Source: Myxococcales bacterium (GTDB lineage: Bacteria; Desulfobacterota; Binatia; HRBIN30). Taken from it: a DNA stretch of 64,000 bases. A program made the position numbers and the translations under genes. The stretch's first letter is position 1; each line of letters begins with the position of its first letter. Below are positions 49,359-57,628 of the stretch, in pieces. Location of the stretch: the NCBI GenBank assembly GCA_037445065.1, contig JBBILD010000015.1:1-64000 (forward strand). The letters are read 5' to 3'. The notes below the pieces were generated by a model. It was not told the DNA's origin and did no database searches. It saw nothing but the letters and a program-made list of their open reading frames with translations.

Positions 49359-49781
49359 GCGAGGCTGTTGCAGCGGCGGAGCGACGGAGGAAAAGTCGGC
49401 GCCGCTGCGCGCTTCCACTGGATCAGCTTTCGTGGCCCAAAAGCGGCCCGCGCACCCACGTCGAACCGTGTTCCTCCGAACGATGCGTTCCGGTGGCCCG
49501 GAGAGAGTTTCCTGCCCCAAGCTGAGCGTGTGGACTGCGGACGCCGGCTGGTCGTTTGGGCTTGGTTGAAGTATCCGTACGTGTTTTGCTGGCCGCCCCA
49601 TGGGTGCTTTTGGTGGCAGCCGTGGCGCACTCTGGTGTGCACAAATCTCTGCGCCTCCCTGGGGGAATGTTACTCCCCTCCTCTGGTTCAGCACGGCGCC
49701 TGTGTTGGCGTTGTAGGGTCCAAGCGCGGGGGAGTACCGGCTACCGACGGTGAAAGCCCCGCGACCAACGCGAGGAGCAGT

Positions 49782-51056
49782 TCACGGTGCTGGGTGGAAC
49801 TCTGGGCGTGGGGTGGGTTGGGGAAGTTGGCCACCCACCGCCCGCTCGACATCGAAGCGAGCAAGGTGCAAGGATTGCAGGGTTTCCACGTAGTCTTTTT
49901 GGATTTCCAGCCATTCGATTCTCTGATTCAGGAGGTCGGTTGTACCAGCTTCGTCGCGGCGCAGCAGGCGTTCTTGAAGGCGGACGTTTTCTTCGGCCAG
50001 GGGAAGCAACGTGGTTTGGAATAAGTGCACCTCTCGCTGGGCAAGTTCGTAAGCGCGACCTGCTTCTCGCACTTCCCGCTCTACCTGCCGGCGAAGATCT
50101 TCCAGCTGAGCCGCCAGACGGACCCGCTGTGCCGTTGCCTCTTGGAGGTCAGGTTCTTTGGTTTGGAACAAGGGCAGGGAAACGCCCACGTCTCCGCCAC
50201 CAAAGTCGTTATTTTCGAAGCGGGAGTAGGATCCCGAAACGGTAATATTGGGGATTCGCTCTCTGCGCGTGACCTCGATTTGCGCTTCCGCAGCCGCGAG
50301 GGCGTGTTCGAAGGCTTGCAAATCAGCGCGGTTCCCTTGCGCGGCGCGGACCAGTTCCGTGATCGCGGGGAGTTCGAAGGACACGGGGTCCAGGTTCCCC
50401 ACCAATTCCAGTTCGCCGCTCGGCTCGATATCCAGGAGACGCCGCAACGCATCCACTTGGCTCGCGAGTTCTCGTTCTGCCGCCCAAAGCTCGCGCTCGT
50501 AGCGGGTTGTTTGCAGACGTAAGGTGTTTGCCTCGATCCGCTCGGGAAGGGTTGCCTGGCGGGGCTGTGCAATCTTTGCCAGGTTTTTTGCGAGGTCTAC
50601 TTGCTCCGATAGAAGGCGAGCCCGCTCCCGTTGGGCAATGGCACGCACGAAGGTGGACTTGACCTCGGCCACAAGCGCGACTTGTTTCTGCTGCAGATTC
50701 GCGTGCTCCTGCTCCAGGTTGTGTGTAGCCGCTCGCATGCGAGGCTTACGCTGTCCGGCCACCTCGATCTCTTGCGAGAGGAAAGCGAAGTAGTTCGGGC
50801 GCCCTCCGGTTTCGGCGCGCCGAGATGCGCCGACACTCAGGAAGGGGTTGCTCGGCAGGAGAGCCGAAGAGCGGCGCACAGCCGCGGCAGCGACTTCGAG
50901 TTCTTGAGCCGAGGCGCGAAGATCCAGGTTGAACTGGATCGCGCGTTGCACGGCTTCTTCCATGGTCAGCCGCAGTGGTTCTGCCATAGCCCCGACCGGG
51001 GTTATGGCCACGAGGAAAACGATTCCAGTGGCGAAGAGAGACCAGGGACTCGACAT
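49782..51056 (-). CDS. TolC family outer membrane protein, CzcC-like
   Basis: Signal peptide; LPSNP, LSQEIEVAGQR..R, RADL, RERIPN, VSLPLF, LLPLAEEN. Confidence 0.88.
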   Translation of the reverse strand: MSSPWSLFATGIVFLVAITPVGAMAEPLRLTMEEAVQRAIQFNLDLRASAQELEVAAAAVRRSSALLPSNPFLSVGASRRAETGGRPNYFAFLSQEIEVAGQRKPRMRAATHNLEQEHANLQQKQVALVAEVKSTFVRAIAQRERARLLSEQVDLAKNLAKIAQPRQATLPERIEANTLRLQTTRYERELWAAERELASQVDALRRLLDIEPSGELELVGNLDPVSFELPAITELVRAAQGNRADLQAFEHALAAAEAQIEVTRRERIPNITVSGSYSRFENNDFGGGDVGVSLPLFQTKEPDLQEATAQRVRLAAQLEDLRRQVEREVREAGRAYELAQREVHLFQTTLLPLAEENVRLQERLLRRDEAGTTDLLNQRIEWLEIQKDYVETLQSLHLARFDVERAVGGQLPQPTPRPEFHPAP

Positions 51057-51161
51057 AGCGGCGCCTTGTTAAACGAGACTCGAGGCCAGGGAAAGACAGA
51101 AAAAAGGGCACGCGGTGAATTCACCGCGTGCCCTTCGAGATACAAACGAGATCGTTGGCTT

Positions 51162-51464
51162 CTACTTATGCGGCTTATGGGGCTTGTGCGGCTTGTGGGG
51201 ACGCAGCACCGTGGGCGGGCGAACCGCCTTCTCGGGCCGCTCGGGTTGGACGTGCGGCTTGTGCGGTTTGTGCGGCTTGTGCGGGCGCTGCACTGTGGTC
51301 GGATGCTGTGGCCTTTCCGGCCGCTCTGGCTGCACGTGTGGCTTATGCGGCTTGTGTGGCTTGTGTTGCGCGAGTGCTCCTTGCGCGACAGGCAGGGCCA
51401 TGAAGGCGGCAGCTCCTAGCGCAGCCACAAAGCCTCGAGTTACCCTCCACAGTTTTTCCGGCAT
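51162..51464 (-). CDS. Small secreted His-Lys-Pro repeat protein (100 aa)
   Basis: GGAGGGAG RBS; signal ending ALA|Q; mature part is two 28-aa HKPHKPHKPHVQPERPE.. units plus terminal HKPHKPHKPHK. Confidence 0.8.
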   Translation of the reverse strand: MPEKLWRVTRGFVAALGAAAFMALPVAQGALAQHKPHKPHKPHVQPERPERPQHPTTVQRPHKPHKPHKPHVQPERPEKAVRPPTVLRPHKPHKPHKPHK

Positions 51465-51575
51465 GACTCCCTCCCCGTTTTTCTGAACCTTTCTCACCCG
51501 ACCGTTATCTGAAATCACGCAGCAGGCTGTTACCTGAATCGTGTACCCGTTGTCAAGAAGGTTTCGCAAGATTTT

Positions 51576-51818
51576 TTATTTTTCTGGCCCGTCGCCATCG
51601 GCCCCGGGTTCCTCGACCCAAATCAGGTGCGCCCCGCAGTGTAGGCAGAGAGCGTCGAGGTACGTAACGCCGTTCACGCTCCCGAGGGGGAAGCGCTGCC
51701 GGTGCTTGCGCCCCGCGACGTCCTCACAGCGGTGGGTGACAAGCCGCCCCTTACCACGGACCGCAACCCGGGTCGCTGGGCCAGGGTTGATCGGGCTGAA
51801 GGTTACGACGAACGCCAC
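51576..51818 (-). CDS. Small (80 aa) putative metal-binding protein
   Basis: GAGGAGG RBS before GTG overlapping metF end; HRC and CLHC motifs. Confidence 0.6.
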   Translation of the reverse strand: MAFVVTFSPINPGPATRVAVRGKGRLVTHRCEDVAGRKHRQRFPLGSVNGVTYLDALCLHCGAHLIWVEEPGADGDGPEK

Positions 51819-52693
51819 GGTTCCTCCTCGAGAAGTTGTGCCAAAATCGCGCGTGTGGCGGGAGACTGATTGAGCGTATAAAAATGGATGCCTGGCGCCC
51901 CGTGCTGCAAAAGGCCCCGGCATTGCTGCAGCGCGTGCTCGATTCCCACTTGCCGCACCGCGTTAGGATCCCCGTCGGCAGCGCGCAAACGGTGGTGCAA
52001 TGGCGCCGGGATTGTGGCGCCACACATTTGCGTGAAGCGCTCGATTTGGGAGAGGTTGGTGACCGGCATGATCCCGGGAATAATCGGCACAGTGATGCCG
52101 CGGCGGCGGGCCCTGGAGACGAACGAGTAGAAGAACTCGTTGTCAAAGAAGAGTTGCGAGATGAGAAAGTCCACCCCGGCGGCAACTTTCTCGCTCAGGT
52201 GATCCAGGTCTGTTTCGAGGTCGGGGGCCTCGATGTGGCCCTCTGGGTAGCAGGCTCCTCCCAGGCAAAAATCGAAACTCTCAGAGCGAATGAACTGCAC
52301 GAGTTCGCGGGCATAACGGAAGCCATCCGGAGGCGGCTCGAAACGCGGTTGGTCGCGTGGGGGATCACCGCGCAAAGCGAGCACGTTTTCGATGCCGCTT
52401 GCCTGCAGGCGCTCCAAAATCGAGCGCAGTTGTGCGCGGCTGCTGCCGACACAGGTGAGGTGAGCCATGGCCTCGAGACCGAGGTCGTGCTTGATGCGGG
52501 TGACGAGTTCGACCGTTTTCTCGCGCGTGCTTCCGCCCGCACCGTAGGTGACCGAGACGAAGCTCGGGCGCAACGGGCGCAGTTGCTCGATGGTGGCGAA
52601 CAGCGCCTCCTCGCCCGCGGCGGTCTTGGGGGGAAAAAACTCGAACGAGAACACTGGCGTTTGCTGGTTGCTGAGGAGGTCCCGAATGCGCAT
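51803..52693 (-). CDS. metF: 5,10-methylenetetrahydrofolate reductase
   Basis: SFEFFPPKT, SVTYGAGGSTR, AHLTCV, LALRGDPP, YPEGH, QLFFD, HFYTLN. Confidence 0.97.
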   Translation of the reverse strand: MRIRDLLSNQQTPVFSFEFFPPKTAAGEEALFATIEQLRPLRPSFVSVTYGAGGSTREKTVELVTRIKHDLGLEAMAHLTCVGSSRAQLRSILERLQASGIENVLALRGDPPRDQPRFEPPPDGFRYARELVQFIRSESFDFCLGGACYPEGHIEAPDLETDLDHLSEKVAAGVDFLISQLFFDNEFFYSFVSRARRRGITVPIIPGIMPVTNLSQIERFTQMCGATIPAPLHHRLRAADGDPNAVRQVGIEHALQQCRGLLQHGAPGIHFYTLNQSPATRAILAQLLEEEPWRSS

Positions 52694-53151
52694 GGAAGGC
52701 GAGTCAAACTAGTCAAAACCGAGGGCTCCAGGCAATCTCACCGCGTTCTAGAGAGGTCGAAACTCCACCGGGCTTGACGGAAAGGGCCCAAATTCGCCAT
52801 GGGAAACGTTCGTTCCGAAGACTAGACTGATCGCAAAAGACATATTGGCTCCCGTCCCGACGAGGGGAGCTGCGATTTTTGCTGAACGTTTGTGGAATCC
52901 GGTGGAGATGACCAGCGGCGGCGCGAGGACGAGGAGAACTCCAGCCAAGATGGAGCGGGAGACCTACGCGCTGCAGGAGGCCGTGCGGTTCTCGCAAGAA
53001 CCGTACTCTGCGTGGCTCGCGCGGTGGACCGCAGCCGCCCCCAAGGGCGGGGCGCGGAACTGCGCGCGGTTGGTTGGCAGGCAGGGACTCGGGGCGTGCC
53101 GTTGTGCGAGAAAGAATTGCAGCTCCCGAGCGGGAGAGCCGAGGAAGATTC

Positions 53152-55668
53152 ATGGCCAAAGTGATGTTGATCAACGTGACGCACGCGGAGGAAAGCCGCG
53201 TTGCGATCGTCGCGGACGGAACTTTGGTTTCGTTCGAAATCGAGTCGTTCAACCGCGAACACCTCAAAGGCAACATTTATAAGGGCGTGGTGCAGCGGGT
53301 CCATCCCGCGCTGGAGGCGGCCTTTGTTGATATCGGGGCAGAGCGCGACGCGTTCCTACCTCTCGACGAAATTTGCTTCCGCAATCTGCCTCATCCGGTA
53401 CGGGCCAGCGGGAATGGGGAGCGCCGGCGGCCGCGGATCCAGGACGTCGTCAAGCCCGGAGATGAGCTGCTTGTACAAATCGTCAAGGAGCAGTTTGGGA
53501 GCAAGCCGCCGACCCTGACCACGTTTTTCTCTCTGCCAGGCCGTTTCTTGGTGTTGCTGCCCGGTTCTGACGAAGCAGGCATCTCGCGCCGCATCGAGGG
53601 AGCGGACCGCGTACGCGTGCGGGAACTGGTCGAGAAACTCCAGCCGCCGGAAGGGTTCGGAATCATCGTTCGTACGGTCGTTGGCTTCGACCCTGGGCTG
53701 GCCGACTTGCAGCGTGACTTGACGTACTTGCTCCGGCTTTGGGAACGCATCCAACAGGTAGCCCAAAGTAAGCGTGCCCCCGCGCTGGTGTACCGCGAAC
53801 ACGATCTAGTGCTGCGTAACATCCGCGATTACTTCACGCCGGACATCGACGAAATCTATGTGGACAACGAGGAGGTGTTCGAAAGGGCGCGGCAATTTCT
53901 GCGCGACGTGCTGCCGGAAAAGGAACACGCTCTCCGGTTGTACCAGGGCGACAAGCCGATTTTCTCGCAGTTCAACATCGAGTCGCAGATCGAGTCGATC
54001 TACAAGCGGCGCGTGCCGCTTAAGTCCGGCGGCTACATCGTGATTGACGGCACCGAGGCACTGACGGCCATTGACGTAAACTCCGGGCGGGCCACGCGCG
54101 GTGCCAACCAGGAAGAGACAGCCTTTCGCACCAACCTCGAGGCGGCGGTGGAAATTGCGCGCCAGTTGCGGTTGCGCGACGTGGGTGGCCTGATCGTGAT
54201 TGACTTTATCGACATGCGCAACCCGCAGCATATCAGCGAGGTCGAAAAGGCCCTGCGGACCGCGATGTTCGAAGACAAGGCTCGCCACGAAGTGGGTCGC
54301 ATTTCGCACTTTGGCTTGCTGGAAGTTTCGCGCCAGCGGCTCCGCCCCGCGGCGACCGCAACGACCTACGTCACTTGCCGGATGTGCGACGGCTACGGGC
54401 TCGTCCGCACCACCGAGTCGGCAGCGCTGGTGGCGTTGCGGAAGGCGCATAACCGAGTGGCACAGGGAGATGTGGGGAGCCTCAAAGTTTCTCTGCCGAC
54501 CGACGTGGCGATGTATCTTTTGAACCAGAAGCGGGAGGATTTGGCGCAGCTTGAGCGCCGGTATGGGGTGAAGATCTTGGTGCAAACGCGTGAGGACCTC
54601 ATGCCGCACCAATGCGAGATCGAAGTGAAGGCGCGCACAGAGACCGCGGCTTCGGAGGTCACCCCGCTTCTGCGCTTGGGCGGAGTGGCGGCACCGGCAG
54701 CGGCTGTTTCCCCGGCGAAGGGCGAAGCTGCAGTAGAACAGGAAGTGACGAACGCCGCGTCACCCCCAGAGTCCGAGCCTGCTACTAGCGGTGCCGAGAA
54801 CGTAGCAGCCGGGAGCGGGCAAGAGGCGCCGGAACGAACGGCGCGCAAGCGGCGACGGCGCGGCCGGCGACGCGGCCGCGGGCGGCTGGCGGCCGAATCG
54901 CTGCAGGTAATGGTCCAAACGCTCGCGGCGCATGTGCCTGGATTGGCTGAACGCGGGAGCAGTGGAGCGCCGGATGCGTTTCCCTGCGAGGCGGAACGGA
55001 CGGTCTCGACGGATGCCAGCGTGCTGATCCACGCGGCCCAATCCCCAGTTACGAGTGGCGCGGCTGTCCAAGAGGAGAGTTTCGTGCCAATGACGGTGTC
55101 CGTGGTGTCTGGGGCGGGAGCGACTCCGCATTCGGAGGCGATCGTGATCGAATCCTCGCCACAGGCCGCAGCGGAGCGACGAACGGAATCCGATACCGGC
55201 TTTGCGCGCGCAGGCGGCGAGACTGGTGTGTCGCTCGAGCCGGGGTTTTCCGATCAGCGAGCAGAGGAAGCCGGTGGGGCGCCGGGACCGAGCGAACCGG
55301 AGCACGGTGTACGAGCAAGTGAGGAGCCCGCGGGTGGTGAGGAGGCAGGGGCACAGGCGGGAGAGGTTGTCAGCGCACCCGCCCGTGAGGCAGGAGAGAA
55401 GGTCCCGGCACGTTCTCGACGGGCTCGAGCGGGTAGGGGTGGCGTGAGAGGCACTGGGGAAGAGAAACCCGCCAAGTCCCAAGGCGCTGCCCGCAAGCAA
55501 CAAGGTGGGGGCGGGTCTCGTCAGACGCGGACCAAAGCGTCTGCTGAGCAAAAGAAGAAGAAAGCCACTGCGACGAGGCGCTCGCGTGCAACTGCGGCGA
55601 AGAAGCGCTCCTCGAAAACGGCGCGCTCCGGAGCACCGGATGGCGGGCTTCCGGATTCCGAATCGTAA
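53152..55668 (+). CDS. rne: Ribonuclease E/G family protein with long disordered C-terminus
   Basis: KGNIYKG.V..V.PALEAAFVD, IDVNSG, RQLRLRD.GGLIVIDFIDM, CRMCDG; Arg-rich and Lys/Arg-rich C-terminal tracts. Confidence 0.93.
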   Translation: MAKVMLINVTHAEESRVAIVADGTLVSFEIESFNREHLKGNIYKGVVQRVHPALEAAFVDIGAERDAFLPLDEICFRNLPHPVRASGNGERRRPRIQDVVKPGDELLVQIVKEQFGSKPPTLTTFFSLPGRFLVLLPGSDEAGISRRIEGADRVRVRELVEKLQPPEGFGIIVRTVVGFDPGLADLQRDLTYLLRLWERIQQVAQSKRAPALVYREHDLVLRNIRDYFTPDIDEIYVDNEEVFERARQFLRDVLPEKEHALRLYQGDKPIFSQFNIESQIESIYKRRVPLKSGGYIVIDGTEALTAIDVNSGRATRGANQEETAFRTNLEAAVEIARQLRLRDVGGLIVIDFIDMRNPQHISEVEKALRTAMFEDKARHEVGRISHFGLLEVSRQRLRPAATATTYVTCRMCDGYGLVRTTESAALVALRKAHNRVAQGDVGSLKVSLPTDVAMYLLNQKREDLAQLERRYGVKILVQTREDLMPHQCEIEVKARTETAASEVTPLLRLGGVAAPAAAVSPAKGEAAVEQEVTNAASPPESEPATSGAENVAAGSGQEAPERTARKRRRRGRRRGRGRLAAESLQVMVQTLAAHVPGLAERGSSGAPDAFPCEAERTVSTDASVLIHAAQSPVTSGAAVQEESFVPMTVSVVSGAGATPHSEAIVIESSPQAAAERRTESDTGFARAGGETGVSLEPGFSDQRAEEAGGAPGPSEPEHGVRASEEPAGGEEAGAQAGEVVSAPAREAGEKVPARSRRARAGRGGVRGTGEEKPAKSQGAARKQQGGGGSRQTRTKASAEQKKKKATATRRSRATAAKKRSSKTARSGAPDGGLPDSES

Positions 55669-55747
55669 CGCGTCTTCCGCCGATGATCTGCCCCCTGAGC
55701 TGGGCAGGGCCTCTCAGGGTCTACCCAGCCCAGGCAGTGGGCCCTGT

Positions 55748-56536
55748 TCAGAACGTGGGGCCGTTATTGTGGCAGAGAAAGCCGTCTCGCGGCTTTGGCT
55801 GGCAAACGATTTGTTCGTCAATCCCGTCGTCGCCGATGCTTAGGCACATTTGGAACACGACGCTGAAGTATCCAGGGGGAAACTGCGGGGTGTTGTACTG
55901 GAATTGGAAAATGTAGCCGGGACCGACTTCTTTTGGGCGCACACGGACCCAACCCTCCGGTGCTTCCGCGATCCAGCCGGCTCCGTCCCTCCGAAAGACC
56001 AAATCCGTCATGCGAGCCACCACGATACCGTCCTTGTCCGTCAGCGAGAACGATCCGATTTCGGTGTCGGGATCAATGCCGTTTGAACGCCGATCGAGGC
56101 GAAACTCACCCGGTTTATTCGTGATGATCGGGATCGAGGCCGGATAGTTGTAGTACACTTGGCCAATCTTGTTGCCGGTTCTGCATGCCGGGGGCTGCGG
56201 GCAGGTTACGGGCACACCCGGACAACCCTGAGCCCCGATGACGGCGGTTGGGGTGGCTGTTGCGGTTGCGGTGGGAACTCCGCCGGGAGCACCGGTACTG
56301 AAGGTTGGGGTCGGGGTCGCGGGTGGGAGGATGGTTTGCCGCGGGCCCGGTGGCCGGGTGGGACGTGGAATTCGCGTTGGGCGTGGCTTCGGCGTCGGCC
56401 GAGGAGGCCGCACTACGCGCCGGGTCGGTTGCGACTGTGCCTCCGTGCTTTCCGCACGGACTAGGATGAACCCTGGCGCGAGAACGAGAAGCGCGCCCGG
56501 AAGCAGTTTGCTCCAATTTCTGAACCTGCCTCGCAT
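55748..56536 (-). CDS. Secreted protein with Pro/Arg/Thr-rich N-region and Cys-containing beta domain
   Basis: AGGAGG RBS; hydrophobic signal; RPPRPTPKPRPTR..TATATPT; C-terminal FQMCLSIGDDG..IVCQPK..FLCH. Confidence 0.8.
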   Translation of the reverse strand: MRGRFRNWSKLLPGALLVLAPGFILVRAESTEAQSQPTRRVVRPPRPTPKPRPTRIPRPTRPPGPRQTILPPATPTPTFSTGAPGGVPTATATATPTAVIGAQGCPGVPVTCPQPPACRTGNKIGQVYYNYPASIPIITNKPGEFRLDRRSNGIDPDTEIGSFSLTDKDGIVVARMTDLVFRRDGAGWIAEAPEGWVRVRPKEVGPGYIFQFQYNTPQFPPGYFSVVFQMCLSIGDDGIDEQIVCQPKPRDGFLCHNNGPTF

Positions 56537-57530
56537 TGCGTCCCTCCTGCTGGAAGTTGCTGCTGGATACACGGTTACCCGGCGCAACACAAGACGAAAA
56601 GCTCTCGCTTCGCCGGTTGATGTATTGGAAAAAGTGCTTGCGGTTCGCGGGGAGTTTCTGTGCGGTGGAGGCTGGGGCTGGCATACGGAATCGAACGATG
56701 GACTCCGAACCCACGCGCGCCTGCTCCGGTAGTGGGTTCCTGGTCCGCAGTGTTCTCGCCACCTAGCAATGGCGTCAGCGAGAACGCGCGCGACGGGAAG
56801 CGGTAGGCTGGGTTGTGGATGGCCCCCGCCACGCCAGTCCTCGCAGAGGCAGCGCACCTGTGCGCTTTTGAGGTATGAAAAAGGAGCTGTGGCGCGCTGT
56901 TCGACTCGGGACGCTGCTTCTCAACTGGAGCGGAAGAGCAACTTGCAGCCGGCCACGCGGGGACGAGGGCAAATAGGACGCTCCACTTGCGGGCTCGGAA
57001 AGCGGCCAGCCACTCACCTGGGGCCGTGCAAAGAGTCGAGAGGAATGCCCAAACTTCGAAGCCTTCACCATCCAACAAGTTGCATGTTGCTGAATGTTGT
57101 CGGAGACGTGCGGCGTCTGGACGCAGCACGATCCTGGCAGCGATTCCGAGCAGGGAGGAGGGCGGCATCGGGAGTCGGGAGTGGCCCCGAGGCTGTGTGC
57201 AACACCGTGGAACCTGGCTCGCTCCCGAGGTCGGCGAACGGTCAGGCTGTGCGGCCGAGAGAGCTGCAGGAGAACGTTCGCTAGACAAGCCCCGCTTCGC
57301 GGTTTGAAGCGGGGAGCCGCGTCGAACGTTGCCGGCTTTGGTCTCTGTGCTGTGCTTTCTATGGCGGTGCCGGAGGCCAATGCAGCCGCTTCGCAGGATG
57401 TTGAGGTAACGAGCGGTGCCGCAGGGGCGGAAAGCAGAGACATCATGGAATCCGTTCGACTTGTGTACTTTCCCGCGGCCTCTCTCTGCAGAGACACCAA
57501 ACGAGGGCTCGCAGATTTTTCTATTTGTGC

Positions 57531-57576
57531 TGTCAAGGAAAGTCCGTTGACAAACTTTGCTAACGGGCGGCATAAT
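57531..57576 (+). promoter_or_regulatory. sigma70-type promoter overlapped by a TGTCAA-N10-TTGACA inverted repeat
   Basis: TTGACA (57547-52)-N18-CATAAT (57571-76); TGTCAA at 57531-36; AGGAGG RBS at 57614. Confidence 0.7.
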
Positions 57577-57628
57577 CCGGCTTGCTTTGGCAGGCGAAGG
57601 GGGCTGCCGGGCAGGAGGTCGACACGTG

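Noticed and set aside
51115..51486. Plus-strand ORF with CGLCGLCG repeats resembling a metallothionein
   Set aside because: It is the antisense reading of the HKP codons; the minus-strand ORF has the RBS and signal peptide
56537..57530. ORFs of 170-330 aa between the two secreted-protein genes
   Set aside because: Mutually overlapping, no motifs or clear RBS; treated as non-coding or unresolved
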